Shown in pieces: positions 19,209-29,292 of a stretch of 64,000 bases of DNA; position 1 is the first letter of the stretch; every line of letters begins with the position of its first letter. This stretch comes from an uncultured Solirubrobacterales bacterium (GTDB lineage Bacteria; Actinomycetota; Thermoleophilia; Solirubrobacterales; Solirubrobacteraceae). The notes below the pieces were generated by a model, which saw only the letters and a program-made list of their open reading frames with translations, was not told where the DNA came from and did not search any database. The stretch spans positions 924 to 64,923 of the forward strand of contig CAVURH010000008.1 of assembly GCA_963743725.1 (NCBI GenBank), given 5' to 3'. A program made the translations under genes and the position numbers.

Positions 19209-19792
19209 ATGAGCACTCTGACGATCCAACCGGTGGCCACGGACGGTCAACCGAGAGCGATCGCCACGTTGGTGTCGGCGTTCATCGCGGATCCGGTCGA
19301 GCGATGGCTCTATCCGGAACCCTCTCGTATCTCATCCAGTTTCCGGTGTTCGTCGCTGCCTTTGGTGGCGTGGCATTCGAGAGCCAGACGGTGTGGAGCT
19401 TGGGCGAGTTCGCGGCGGTGGCGATGTGGCTGCCGCCGGGTGGGGAAGCGGACGGTGAGGCGATCGTCGCTGTCTTGAGCGAATCCGTTTCGCCAGACAA
19501 GCACGCGGACACCTTCGCCGTCCTCGAGCAGATGGACGCCGCACACCCGAAGGATCCCCACTGGTATCTGCCGTGGCTCGGGGTCGATTGTGCACATCAG
19601 GGCGTCGGCCTGGGTGCGGACCTACTCCGGCAATGTCTGGTGCTCGTCGACGCCGATCACAGCCCAGCGTTCCTCGAAACACCCAACCCGCGGACGGTGC
19701 CGTTTTATGAGCGTCACGGGTTTCGGGTCACGAGCGTCTCGCAAGCCGGGGGCTGTCCGCCGGTGACCAGCATGCTCCGACCCGCGCAGTGA
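19209..19792 (+). pseudogene. GNAT-family N-acetyltransferase, frameshift near 19326
   Basis: MSTLTIQPVATDGQPRAIATLVSAFIADPVERWLYPEPS (ORF 19131 frame) continues as YLIQFPVFVAAFGG.. (ORF 19304 frame). Length is 584 nt, which is 3n+2. An intact paralogue is at 48982..49566. Confidence 0.65.
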
Positions 19793-19951
19793 CCGCTCGA
19801 CGCCCAGTCCTGCTCTCCGGCTCGCCCGCCGACACTGCGAATGTCGCGGACGATCGCTCCGGACGTCCAGGAGCCCGTCCCCTCGGCGCCCGCTCGTTCG
19901 TCTCTTAGGGGACAGCCGGCGACGGGCGCCGGCGCGACCGAAGGAGTTCCC

Positions 19952-20302
19952 ATGAAATACCTCTTCCTGCTGTACGCCGACGAGAACGGCGCTCCCCAGC
20001 CAGGTACACCCGAGAGCCAGGCGGTGCTCGGGGCCTATGGCGCGTTCTACGACGAGGTCTCTGGCCGCGGCGCGTTCCAGGCGGGCGATCCGGTGCAGCC
20101 GTCCGCGACCACCTCGACCGTCACCGTGCAGGGCGGATCGGTTTCGGCCGCCGATGGGGCGGCCAAGCCGGGTGGCGAGCAGATCATCGGCTTCTACGTC
20201 CTCGACGTGGCCAACAAGGACGAGGCGATCGAGCTCGCGGCCAAGATCCCGGCCGCGGCCCACGGACGCGTCGAGGCGCGCCCGATCCTGGCCATGTCCT
20301 AA
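19952..20302 (+). CDS. YciI-family (DGPF-domain) protein
   Basis: 116 aa. AAGGAG lies 5 nt before the ATG. MKYLFLLYADE..GGEQIIGFYVLDVANKDEAIELAAKIPAA..GRVEARPI. Confidence 0.8.
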   Translation: MKYLFLLYADENGAPQPGTPESQAVLGAYGAFYDEVSGRGAFQAGDPVQPSATTSTVTVQGGSVSAADGAAKPGGEQIIGFYVLDVANKDEAIELAAKIPAAAHGRVEARPILAMS

Positions 20303-20352
20303 GGGCCGAGCTTCCTAGCGGCGCCGCCCGGATGTTCAGGGCACGCCGGTCC

Positions 20353-20397
20353 CCCACCCCCAGCGCCGCGTGACAGAGGAGCGGCGCCGGGGGTGGG
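20353..20397 (+). terminator. GC-rich hairpin downstream of the yciI-like gene
   Basis: cccacccccagcgccgc pairs with gcggcgccgggggtggg over a 17-bp stem with 1 mismatch. The loop is 11 nt. There is no U-tract. Confidence 0.4.
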
Positions 20398-20562
20398 CCG
20401 GGTCCATCATGGCGTCGGGTCTGTCGCGTCCGAGCCGGTGCGCTTATCTGCTCGCCGATGCCGCGGGGAAGGATCGTCGACGAGGACGCGTCCTCGACAG
20501 AGACCGACAACGTCCCGCGCCGAGGGCCGGCTGCGCGTTAACCCGACGAGGGAGGGATCTCG

Positions 20563-21084
20563 ATGTACGTACCAAAGCGCGTAGCTGTCGCGGTTCTCGC
20601 GGCGTCCGCCTTGGCAGGATCGGCGACGACGGCGGTGAGCGCGCTCGGCCACCAGGATGGTCAAGCCGCCGGTCATCGTGACCACGGCAACCGCATGGTG
20701 CTGTTCACCTCGCTGGTCCCAAGCGTCCCCGGTGATCCGTCTCTGCTCGGGGCGATGGCGGGTAACGTGCCTTGGGTGCTGCGCTCGGGGGAGGCCAAGC
20801 TGCACGGCCACGGGCGGCTCATCGTTCGGATCCGCGGGCTCTTGATTCCGTCGGGCCAGTTCGCAGGGACCACTGGCCCGGTGAAGACCGTCAGCGCTTC
20901 GCTCTACTGCGCTGGGAACACGATGCCAGTAGGGACAAGCAACTCCGTCCCGCTGTCAAGCGATGGCGACGCCCGGATCACGACGACGGTGATGCTGCCG
21001 GCCAAGTGTCAGATCCCCGCGGTGCTGATCCATCCGAACGGCGCGCTCGGCGCGTACATCGCAGCGAGCGGCGTCGCCGGGTAG
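20563..21084 (+). CDS. Secreted hypothetical protein
   Basis: 173 aa. Signal peptide MYVPKRVAVAVLAASALAGSATTAVSA. GGGAGGGA lies upstream of the ATG. Confidence 0.6.
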   Translation: MYVPKRVAVAVLAASALAGSATTAVSALGHQDGQAAGHRDHGNRMVLFTSLVPSVPGDPSLLGAMAGNVPWVLRSGEAKLHGHGRLIVRIRGLLIPSGQFAGTTGPVKTVSASLYCAGNTMPVGTSNSVPLSSDGDARITTTVMLPAKCQIPAVLIHPNGALGAYIAASGVAG

Positions 21085-21208
21085 CGCAGCCGAGTGAGAA
21101 GCCCGATGAGCGCGGGCCGCTTTGCGCCCGGCTGCGGATCGCGGCGGTCGGCACGACTTGCGGGTCTAGGCTGACGGGTGCGCCGAAATCAACCAAGGAG
21201 GCATCACG

Positions 21209-21505
21209 ATGGACACCCCCTACGCATTCGTCGTCCGCATCGAGGCCAAGTCCGACAAGTCCGAGGACGTAGCCGCCCTGTTGACAGGCGCGCTGCCACT
21301 GGCGCAGGCCGAGGCCGGAACGGTCAACTGGTATGCCGTGCGAACCTCGCCAACGACGTTCTGGATCTTCGACACGTTCGGCAGTGAAGACGCGCGCCAG
21401 GCGCACATCAATGGTGAGATCGCCGCTGCGTTGATGGCTCATGCCGACGAACTTCTCGCGGCGCCGCCGGAGATCCTGCCGGCCGACGTGCTGGCAGCCA
21501 AATAG
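21209..21505 (+). CDS. Antibiotic-biosynthesis-monooxygenase (ABM) domain protein
   Basis: 98 aa. AFVVRIEAKSDKSEDVAALL..GTVNWYAVRTSPTTFWIFDTFGSEDARQAH. Confidence 0.8.
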   Translation: MDTPYAFVVRIEAKSDKSEDVAALLTGALPLAQAEAGTVNWYAVRTSPTTFWIFDTFGSEDARQAHINGEIAAALMAHADELLAAPPEILPADVLAAK

Positions 21506-21950
21506 GCCCGCCGGCCTGGGCAGATCGCGGCCGCGGAGTGCCGCCGGACATTCGAACCGGTCGGCTCTCGGAAGGATTTCGGCTTGCACGATCGGATAGC
21601 CGGACGTGAGCCGCCCTTTTAGGTAATCGCGCACTTTGCGGCGACTTTCAGGACTGGGCGCGCGGCGCGGCACGCCAGCCAGCTCGCTGCCGCTGGCCAA
21701 CCCGGCGCGCCGACCGAGGTCGCACCGCGCGGGGCGCGTGTGTCGCGCAACTCACTGCCTCGGCGGTCCTGCCGACCTGAAACTGTCACAGAGTGGGGGC
21801 CGAATCCCACTTAGAGCAATGATGGCAGCCACCCTCGTTCTCTCCACGAGCGCTCAACGGGCCATCGAGTCCGGGACCGAATCCGAGCCAGTTACGCGCT
21901 CCGATACGACCCTTCGGCACATGACTGAACCGAACGAGAGGAAAGACGGC

Positions 21951-22475
21951 ATGAAGACGATAAAGCGCCACGGCCACCGCACCGCGATCGTCCTCGTGGT
22001 GATTAGCTCCGCGCTGACGATCGCCGCCTGGGGACCGTCGAGCAAGCCAAGGGACCCATCGCGCAAGGACGCGGTTCTAGCCTTCAAGCGGTGCATGCGC
22101 GCGCACGGCGTGCCGATGCCCCAGGGCTCGGGGATCAACCCGTCCTCACCCTCGTTCAAGGCGGCAAAAGCAGCGTGCGCCAAGGTGCTGCCTGGCTTTG
22201 CGAAGGCCAAGGCCCAAATGCTCAAGGTTTCGAAGTGCATGCGCAAGCACGGCATCTCCGGGTTCCCCATTCCCTCCGCCTCGATCCCGTCCAACTCCAA
22301 CGCGGGCCGAGCAATCGCTCGCGCCGGCGTGATCCTCGCGATCCCGTCTTCGATCAACCTGCGGTCGCCGACGTTCAAGCACGCGGCAGCCGTGTGCGGG
22401 TTCCCCCCCGACTACTGGTATCCAGTGCAGGGAGGCGGTCCGTTCGCCGGTACTGGACATCGGTACTCCTCGTAG
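21951..22475 (+). CDS. Membrane-anchored or secreted protein with two Cys-pair repeats
   Basis: 174 aa from the ATG at 21951 (alternative start 21921). N-terminal TM helix. The repeated motif is CMR(A/K)HG(V/I)..P..F(K)AA..C. Confidence 0.5.
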   Translation: MKTIKRHGHRTAIVLVVISSALTIAAWGPSSKPRDPSRKDAVLAFKRCMRAHGVPMPQGSGINPSSPSFKAAKAACAKVLPGFAKAKAQMLKVSKCMRKHGISGFPIPSASIPSNSNAGRAIARAGVILAIPSSINLRSPTFKHAAAVCGFPPDYWYPVQGGGPFAGTGHRYSS

Positions 22476-22537
22476 CGCCGGCCATTCGATGGGGCCCAAA
22501 GGCCTCGTTGGGGTGTCGCCGAGAGTAGTTTGATCGC

Positions 22538-23455
22538 GTGAGCAACGCGACGGGCGCACCCGCCGAGGTGACGGTCATAGGTGCCGGAGTGATCGGGCTG
22601 ACCTGCGCGCACGCTCTGCGACAGGCGGGCTATCGGGTCACGGTGATCGCTGCAGACCAACCGAGGGTGTCCGACGTCGCGGGTGGGCTCTGGCTTCCAT
22701 ACGCTGCCGGCGACAGCGACGACGTGATGCGGTGGGCGCTGGAGACGCTCTCGTGGCTTGAGGCCCGCGGTTTCCCTCCCCGGGAGTATCTGCATCTGCA
22801 GAGCAGCGAGCCGTGGTGGCTGGATGCGGTGCCCGGCGATCGTGTCCGGCACGCGCGGGCGGAGGAGTTGCCGGCCGGTTATGACCACGGATGGGTGTTA
22901 CGCGTGCCGCTGGTCGAGATGCCGGGGCACCTGAAGGCGCTGGAACCTGAACGCACCGTTCGCCGGACAATGACCTCGCTGGACGAGGTCACCGGCTTGG
23001 TGGTCAACTGCAGCGGATTGGCTGCCCGCGAGTTGGCGGGCGATCCGACAGTCAGCGCTGCGCGCGGGCAGGTCGTGCACCTGACCAGGCTGCCCGGAGT
23101 GCCCTGCATCTGCGACGAGGACCAGATGATCTACGTCCTTCCTCGGAGTGACCGGACAATTGTGGGCGGTTCGTATCAGCCGGGAAATGAAAACGAAGCC
23201 GTCGACCCGGCAGAGACAGAGTCGCTGCTCGCTCGTGCCCGCGCGCTGGTACCGCAACTAACTCATGCGGAGGTCCTCGAGGCTCGTGCCGGCCTGCGCC
23301 CAGTTCGTGCGGACGGGCCGCGCGTCGAACGTGTTGACGATGTGATTCATTGCTACGGCCACGGTGGCGCTGGGCTGACCCTCTCGTGGGGCTGCGCGCG
23401 ACGCGTCGTAGAGTTGGCAGCCCGCCAGGACTCGGCCGATCCCTTCCCAGCCTGA
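22538..23455 (+). CDS. FAD-dependent D-amino-acid oxidase family oxidoreductase
   Basis: 305 aa. VTVIGAGVIGLTCAHAL dinucleotide-binding motif. C-terminal HCYGHGGAGLTLSWGCA. Confidence 0.85.
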   Translation: MSNATGAPAEVTVIGAGVIGLTCAHALRQAGYRVTVIAADQPRVSDVAGGLWLPYAAGDSDDVMRWALETLSWLEARGFPPREYLHLQSSEPWWLDAVPGDRVRHARAEELPAGYDHGWVLRVPLVEMPGHLKALEPERTVRRTMTSLDEVTGLVVNCSGLAARELAGDPTVSAARGQVVHLTRLPGVPCICDEDQMIYVLPRSDRTIVGGSYQPGNENEAVDPAETESLLARARALVPQLTHAEVLEARAGLRPVRADGPRVERVDDVIHCYGHGGAGLTLSWGCARRVVELAARQDSADPFPA

Positions 23456-23528
23456 GGCCGCGCCGAGGCCGATCACCGGGCCGTCGCGGTCACACACCCC
23501 CGATCCCAGGCCCGTTGACAATCCCGCG

Positions 23529-23855
23529 CTACCGGCGCGACGTCACGGGGTGGTCTGGGAGCTGATGTTCGTGCGCGCCGTAAGCCCGCAGCTCGGAGAC
23601 GCCATCCGGCCCCGTACGCGCGATGAGCGCTCGCGGCAGCTCGTTCAGCTGGAGCCAGTCGCACAGCTCGTAGCTGACGTCGACCTCCGCAATCCAAACG
23701 TCGTCCTCGTGCCACTGAGCCGTGATCCGGTGCGTAGTGGAGCGCAGCTGGCCGAGGAAGTCACCGAACAGCTGACGGATCGCCGCGGTTCCTGCGGCGC
23801 GACGGCCATCGGCGACCAGTACCGGGCGTCGGATGCCATCAGTGTGAGGCTTCAT
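23529..23855 (-). CDS. SnoaL/NTF2-like small protein
   Basis: 108 aa. The ATG overlaps the GH65 stop (ATGA at 23852-23855). AIRQLFGDFLGQL..WHEDDVWIAEVDVSYE. Confidence 0.6.
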   Translation of the reverse strand: MKPHTDGIRRPVLVADGRRAAGTAAIRQLFGDFLGQLRSTTHRITAQWHEDDVWIAEVDVSYELCDWLQLNELPRALIARTGPDGVSELRAYGAHEHQLPDHPVTSRR

Positions 23856-26206
23856 CGCGGTGGCCGTCTCCTCATGGGCTCCCGGCCGGCGGGCTGGACC
23901 GGCGCCTCCCGTGCCGGGGCAGACGGGATACCCATCACGGCCGGCCGCCCGGCCTCGAGCCTGACCGGTTGACCGTGATGGGCGATCTCGAGCAGCTCGC
24001 CCTCGAGCAACGAGTAGTGCGCCTCGCTGCGGCGGACGTCGACGAGCAGTCGGTGGCTGCGGCACATCACCCTGAACACCACGCGCGTGAGCGAATCGGG
24101 AAGGCGCGGCGCGAAGTAGAGCGTGCCGCCCTCGTCGCGCATGCCGCCAAATCCCCAGATCAGGCCGATGCACGCTCCGGCGAGCGACGCGATGTGTAGA
24201 CCATCGCGGGTGTTGCGCTCCAGATCGTCGAGGTCCATCAGTGCCGCCTCGCCCAGGTAGTCGTAGGCCAGCGCAAGGTGGCCGACCTCGGCAGCAAGCA
24301 CCGCCTGGGTGGCGGCGGAGAGCGACGAGTCCCTGACGGTCAGCGCTTCGTAGTACGCGAAGTTGTCTGCTTTTTGCTCGTCGGTGAACGCGTCGGGACG
24401 CGCGAACATCGCCAGCACGAGGTCGGCCTGCTTGACGACCTGCTTGCGGTACAGGTCGAAGTACGGGAAGTGCAGAAGCAGCGGATACTGATCGGGCGAG
24501 GTGTGGGCGAAGTCCCAGCGGTCGTGGTCAAGGAAGCCTTCGGCCTGGGAATGGATCCCGCGCTCCGCGTCGTAGGGGATGACCATCGTCTGGGCGGCGT
24601 CGCGCCAGCTCGCCGCCTCCTCGTCGTCTACCTCGAGGCGGGCCGCTACACGTGGGTGGCGCTCGACCGCGGCCGCCGCCGCGCGCAGGTTCTGCTGGGC
24701 CATCAGGTTCGTGTACACGTTGTTGTCCGCCACCGCGCTGTACTCGTCCGGGCCGGTCACGCCGTCGATGCGAAAGCGCCCTGCGGTGTCGTGGTGGCCG
24801 AGCGAGCGCCACAGCCGTGCCGTCTCCACCAGGAGCTCGGCGCCAACCTCGTGCTCGAACGCCTCGTCGTTGTGCGCCGCCTGGTAGCGCACCACGGCGT
24901 CTGCTATGTCCGCGTTGACGTGGAAGGCGGCAGTGCCGGCCGGCCAGTAGCCGGAGCATTCCTGGCCGGCGATCGTGCGCCACGGGAAGGCCGCGCCGCG
25001 GAGACCGAGTTGGCGGGCGCGCTCACGGGCGAGATCAAGCGTCGCGTAGCGCCAGCGCAGCGCGTCGGCAGCCGCGCGCGGCGCGGTGTAGGTCAACACG
25101 GGCAGCACGAACGCTTCCGTATCCCAGAACGCGTGCCCGTCGTAGCCCGATCCCGTCAAGCCTTTGGCCGCGATCGCGCGCTGCTCGCCACGGGCGCTGG
25201 CCTGCAAGATGTGAAAGAGCGAGAAGCGGACCGCTTGTTGAAGCTCGGAGTCGCCGGCGACCTCGATGTCGGCCCGCTCCCAGAAGTAGTCGAGATACTC
25301 GCGCTGCTCGGACACCAGCCGGTCCCAACCCCTGTGCTCGGCTTCTGACAGCGCGCCGCCGACCTGGTCGCGCAGCGCCGAGATCGATCGTTCGGAGGAC
25401 CAGCCGTACGCGATGAACTTGACTAGCCGCAAGGGCTTACCGGGCGCGACGTCGGCGGTGATTGTCAGCCGCGCGACATCCTCGAAGGCCTCGATCGAGT
25501 CACCGGTACCGGGCGGCCCGTCGATCTCGTGCCCCATTGCTGCCGATACGCTGAGACCGCTCGAGGCGGTCCGGTGCGTCAGAATCGCACGCTTATCGCG
25601 ACAGTCGAAAGCCTCCGAGCGCAGGGGCGCCGCGAGCGCCGCGGCTGTGCGCGGGTCGGCCTCCATCTCCGGCATCGACTCGTTGCTGACAAGTTCGGAC
25701 TGGACCACGATCGGCGTTGGCTCGTCGAGCGGCTCGACCTCGAACGAGATCGCGGCGATCGCGCGGTGGGAGAGCGAGACGAGGCGCGTCGAGGTGACTC
25801 GCACCGCCTTGCCGGTGGGAGACACCCATTCCGTTTCTCGCCGCAGCACCCCGGCACGCATGTCCAGCATGCGCTCGTGGCGTCTGAGCTCGCCGTAGCG
25901 GACGTCGAACGGCTCGTCGTCGATGATCAGGCGGATGATCTTGCCGTTGGTCACATTGACCACGGTCTGGCCCGACTCCGGATTACCGTACCCGGCCTCA
26001 GCGTAGGGCAGCGGGTGCAGCTCGTAGAAACCGGCCAGGTAAGTGCCCGGTAGCCCGAACGGCTCGCCCTCGTCGAGGTTGGCGCGCAGCCCGATATGGC
26101 CGTTCGACAGCGCAAAGACCGATTCGGTCTGCGCGAGCCGGTCGAGGTCGAGCTCGGTCTCGCGCAGGACCCACGGCTCGACGCTGAAGGCAGACTGGGC
26201 GATCAC
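23852..26206 (-). CDS. Glycoside hydrolase family 65 disaccharide phosphorylase (kojibiose/trehalose/maltose phosphorylase-like)
   Basis: 784 aa. SNGHIGLRANLDEGEP, GSGYDGHAFWDTEAF, ADNNVYTN and YKQVVKQADLVLA-like blocks are present. It is coupled to the upstream beta-PGM. Confidence 0.9.
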   Translation of the reverse strand: MIAQSAFSVEPWVLRETELDLDRLAQTESVFALSNGHIGLRANLDEGEPFGLPGTYLAGFYELHPLPYAEAGYGNPESGQTVVNVTNGKIIRLIIDDEPFDVRYGELRRHERMLDMRAGVLRRETEWVSPTGKAVRVTSTRLVSLSHRAIAAISFEVEPLDEPTPIVVQSELVSNESMPEMEADPRTAAALAAPLRSEAFDCRDKRAILTHRTASSGLSVSAAMGHEIDGPPGTGDSIEAFEDVARLTITADVAPGKPLRLVKFIAYGWSSERSISALRDQVGGALSEAEHRGWDRLVSEQREYLDYFWERADIEVAGDSELQQAVRFSLFHILQASARGEQRAIAAKGLTGSGYDGHAFWDTEAFVLPVLTYTAPRAAADALRWRYATLDLARERARQLGLRGAAFPWRTIAGQECSGYWPAGTAAFHVNADIADAVVRYQAAHNDEAFEHEVGAELLVETARLWRSLGHHDTAGRFRIDGVTGPDEYSAVADNNVYTNLMAQQNLRAAAAAVERHPRVAARLEVDDEEAASWRDAAQTMVIPYDAERGIHSQAEGFLDHDRWDFAHTSPDQYPLLLHFPYFDLYRKQVVKQADLVLAMFARPDAFTDEQKADNFAYYEALTVRDSSLSAATQAVLAAEVGHLALAYDYLGEAALMDLDDLERNTRDGLHIASLAGACIGLIWGFGGMRDEGGTLYFAPRLPDSLTRVVFRVMCRSHRLLVDVRRSEAHYSLLEGELLEIAHHGQPVRLEAGRPAVMGIPSAPAREAPVQPAGREPMRRRPPR

Positions 26207-26919
26207 GGGGCGTCGAGCAGCTCGGCTAGGTCCTTCACGACGACGTTCGCACCGTGCGCCTTCAGCGCCTCGGCCTGCCCGACGCGGTCGACCCCGACGA
26301 CGAACGCGAACTGACCCCGGCGTCCCGCCTCGACGCCCGCCAGCGCGTCCTCGAACACCGCCGCTTGGTCTGGCCGGACACCGAGCGCCCGTGCCCCAGC
26401 GAGGAATGTGTCGGGCGCGGGCTTGCCCTCCAGATGCTCGCGCGCCGCGACATGACCGTCGACGATCTCCTCGAACAGATCGAGGATCCCGGCGGCGACC
26501 AGCACGTCCCGGCAGTTGGTGGACGAGGACACCACCGCGCGGCGAAGGCCGCCCGCCCGCGCGGCGTTCACGTAGCGCACCGATCCTGGGTAGGCCTCCA
26601 CGCCTTTCTCGCGGATCATCTTCAGCACGATCTCGTTCTTGCGGCTTCCCAGCTCGTCGATGACCTCGTCGGGCTCATCGATGCCGCGAGCTGCGAAGAA
26701 CGAGCGCACCCCCTCGGCACGCGGCTTGCCATCGACGTACTGGTCGTAGTCGGCGACCGCGTCGAAAGGCGCGAAACGCTCGCCGCGCTGCTCGGCCCGC
26801 CGGCGCAGATAGTCATCGAACATCTCCTTCCAAGCCGCGGCGTGGACCGTGGCCGTCTCGGTGAGCACGCCGTCGAGGTCGAACAGGCAAACGCTGACGC
26901 TGGCCGGCAAACCGAGCAC
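26203..26919 (-). CDS. pgmB: Beta-phosphoglucomutase (HAD superfamily)
   Basis: 238 aa. CLFDLDGVLTETA nucleophile motif, VVSSSTN, and VFEDALAGVEAGRRGQF. ATGA overlap with the GH65 start. Confidence 0.85.
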   Translation of the reverse strand: MLGLPASVSVCLFDLDGVLTETATVHAAAWKEMFDDYLRRRAEQRGERFAPFDAVADYDQYVDGKPRAEGVRSFFAARGIDEPDEVIDELGSRKNEIVLKMIREKGVEAYPGSVRYVNAARAGGLRRAVVSSSTNCRDVLVAAGILDLFEEIVDGHVAAREHLEGKPAPDTFLAGARALGVRPDQAAVFEDALAGVEAGRRGQFAFVVGVDRVGQAEALKAHGANVVVKDLAELLDAP

Positions 26920-27175
26920 GTGCAGACCGTACCCGCAACCCTTCAGTCCGTGCTTGCTGGGACATCGTCCCTCCTTCCCGCGAGCGTCATGAAATGGGGT
27001 CTTGACTCCATATAGGCGTACGCGACGAACGCCGATAAGTGGTTAGAGACTTCGAGGGACCTGCCCCTCCCTCGAGCAGCTGGGAAGCGCGCGGCCGCCA
27101 CTGAGCCCCCATTGCGACGGCCGCCGCGCTCCCGTTGCTGTCCCGAGCCCACAGCAAGAGAGATGGGTCTCTTTT

Positions 27176-27856
27176 CTAGGCGGGTTGGGGATCGCTTGCG
27201 AACTCTCGGAACAGCCCGGTTACGACGAACACCGTCTGCTCGGCAATGTCGACGGTGTTGCCCGCTATGCGCTCTAGACAACGCGCGACCAGGATCATGA
27301 ACATCGCCCACTCGCGAAGCTCGAGCTCGTTGCCGACGTCGACCGCGCGATTGATGACCGCGCGGTTTAACAGGTTGATCTCCCCATGCAGGCGAACGAG
27401 GTCCTGAGCCAAGGCGACGTCGCGCGTCGCGAACGCCTCTCTGGACTCAGCCACCTCTGAGTGCGTGAGCTCACCCATGCGCTCGATCGTGTCAAGAATC
27501 TCCCGGTCCTTCGGCGCCTCGTGACCCGACAGCTCCACGAGCTTGGCGATGTTCACGCACTGATCGCCCATCCGCTCGATGCAGCGAATCATGTGCAAGA
27601 GCGCAGCGACGATTCGCAGATCACCGGCGACCGGCGCTTGGCGCGCGAGCAGCGACAGCACGCCCTGGTGTATCTCCAGATAGCGCAGGTCGATTCGGTC
27701 ATCCTCAGCGATCACCGTCCTGGCCAGCCCGACATCTTGGTCGCTGATCGACTCAAGCGCTCGGTCCAGCTGCTCGATCACCATGTCGAGGCCCTCGAGC
27801 GTCTGCTGCTCGAGCTCCTTGAGCGATTCGTGAAACTGGTGGCGCGCTTCCTGCAT
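27176..27856 (-). CDS. phoU: Phosphate signalling complex protein PhoU
   Basis: 226 aa with two PhoU repeats (..DDRIDLRYLEI.. / ..ERMGDQCVNIAK.. / ..LERIAGNTVDIAEQTVF). Confidence 0.9.
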   Translation of the reverse strand: MQEARHQFHESLKELEQQTLEGLDMVIEQLDRALESISDQDVGLARTVIAEDDRIDLRYLEIHQGVLSLLARQAPVAGDLRIVAALLHMIRCIERMGDQCVNIAKLVELSGHEAPKDREILDTIERMGELTHSEVAESREAFATRDVALAQDLVRLHGEINLLNRAVINRAVDVGNELELREWAMFMILVARCLERIAGNTVDIAEQTVFVVTGLFREFASDPQPA

Positions 27857-27929
27857 CTCGCTCAGCCGAACTACATCCTACGCGGCGCTCGGCTCCAGGG
27901 GTAGCGCTCCCCGCTCCCGCGCCCCCTGA

Positions 27930-28332
27930 CTACTCGACCGACGTCGGGTCGAGCTTGAGGGCGACGGAGTTGATGCAGTAGCGGTCGCAGCCGTTGGGGC
28001 CGTCGTTGAAGACGTGGCCCAGGTGTCCGCCGCAGGTGGCGCAGGTCACCTCGGTGCGGCGCATGAACAGGCTGCGGTCCTCGTGCAGCTCGACGTTGGC
28101 GCGGTTTGCTGGGTCGGTGAAGCTCGGCCAGCCGGTGCCGGAGTCGAACTTGGTGTCTGAGGAGAAGAGCTCCGCGTCGCAGGCGGCGCAGCGGTAGATG
28201 CCGTCCTCCTTGGTGTGGACGTAGGCGCCGGTGAAGGGGCGCTCGGTCGCCCTTGTGGCGGAGCACCTTGTACGCCTCCGGCGTCAGCTCCTGGCGCCAC
28301 TGCTCGTCGGTCTTCTCGATTCGATTGGTCAT
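27930..28332 (-). pseudogene. msrB: Peptide-methionine (R)-S-oxide reductase MsrB, +1 frameshift near 28248
   Basis: AAAGGAG lies before the ATG at 28332. [28 protein letters not shown] is followed, after one extra G, by [65 protein letters not shown] in another frame. Length is 403 nt, which is 3n+1. Confidence 0.8.
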
Positions 28333-28363
28333 CGTGCTCCTTTCGTGATCCATGTGCACACTT

Positions 28364-28389
28364 TGACCCGGTCGGCGCCCAAACGGTTC
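28364..28389 (-). promoter_or_regulatory. ECF-type promoter upstream of msrB (GAACC-N16-GGTCA)
   Basis: The minus strand reads GAACCgtttgggcgccgaccgGGTCAaag, about 30 nt upstream of the msrB ATG. Confidence 0.5.
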
Positions 28390-28404
28390 ATCACAGTGGT
28401 CTGC

Positions 28405-28431
28405 GAACCTTTTCCGTCGATGACGGGGTCA
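28405..28431 (+). promoter_or_regulatory. ECF-type promoter upstream of the anti-sigma/sigma operon (GAACC-N17-GGTCA)
   Basis: GAACCttttccgtcgatgacggGGTCAcacgagcgATG. The -10 element ends 8 nt before the ATG at 28440. Confidence 0.5.
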
Positions 28432-28439
28432 CACGAGCG

Positions 28440-28713
28440 ATGAGCACTCTCTGGCACGAGCTGCGCTTCCGGCGCGACCACCGGTGGACGCCGCCGACAC
28501 ATGTCCGCCTACCTCGACTCCGACCTGCGGACACAGGCTCGGGCGCGACTCGAGCGCCATACGGCGGAGTGCCCCGAGTGCCGGAGCGTCCTCGACGACC
28601 TGCGACACATGCTCGCCCTGCTCCACAGCGCGCCGCCGCCGGAACCGGTCGCCGACGGGCCGGCGATCGCCACCGCCGTCCTGCGACGGCTGCATGAACC
28701 AGCCGACCACTGA
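28440..28713 (+). CDS. Zinc-finger (zf-HC2, HxxxCxxC) anti-sigma factor, soluble; possible frameshift near 28495
   Basis: The clean ORF 28501..28713 encodes AYLDSDL..RLERHTAECPECRSVL with no TM helix. The upstream ligand expected about 26 aa before the His would be supplied by MSTLWHELRFRRDHRW, which starts at the promoter-proximal ATG at 28440 in another frame. Confidence 0.6.
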
Positions 28714-29287
28714 TCCAGCCCAGGAGCGCGCCCTGATCGCGCGCGCTCGCGCCGGGGACGAGAGCGCCTTCGCGCAGCTCGTGACCGAGCACTCGGCCCG
28801 CGTCTACGGCGCGCTGCGGAGGTTCGGACTGGACCCCCAGGAGGCCGACGAGGTTGCGCAGGAGGTCTTCCTGCGCGCGTGGCGGGGCCTGGCGCGGTTC
28901 GAGGAGCGCTCCCAGTTCTCGACCTGGCTCTACCGGATCGCGTTCAACGAGGCCCAGCGGCGGCTCGCCCGGCGCCCGCCGCCGACGGCGTCTAGCCGGC
29001 CCGGCGACGAGGACGCGATCGCCGCGCTACCAGCCGCGACTGGCACCGGCCCCCAGGCCCGCACACTTGACCGCGAATTCGAGCAGATGCTCGAGCGGGC
29101 GCTGGCGGAGCTGCCCGCCGACCTGCGCGCGGCCGTCGTCCTGCGCGACCTCGAAGGGCTCTCGACCGAGGAGGCCGCGGCGGTGGCCGGCGTCCGGCAG
29201 GCCGCGCTCAAGAGCCGCCTTCATCGCGGGCGGATGCAGCTCCGTGCGCTGCTCGAGCCGTACCTCCGGCTCGAGCAGGCAAACTGA
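28694..29287 (+). CDS. ECF (group IV) RNA polymerase sigma factor
   Basis: 197 aa. Region 2 is AFAQLVTEHSARVYGALRRFGLDPQEADEVAQEVFLRAWRGLARFEERSQFSTWLYRIAFNEA. Region 4 is LRDLEGLSTEEAAAVAGVRQAALKSRLHRGR. The start overlaps the anti-sigma gene by 20 nt. Confidence 0.9.
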   Translation: MNQPTTDPAQERALIARARAGDESAFAQLVTEHSARVYGALRRFGLDPQEADEVAQEVFLRAWRGLARFEERSQFSTWLYRIAFNEAQRRLARRPPPTASSRPGDEDAIAALPAATGTGPQARTLDREFEQMLERALAELPADLRAAVVLRDLEGLSTEEAAAVAGVRQAALKSRLHRGRMQLRALLEPYLRLEQAN

Positions 29288-29292
29288 CGGAC

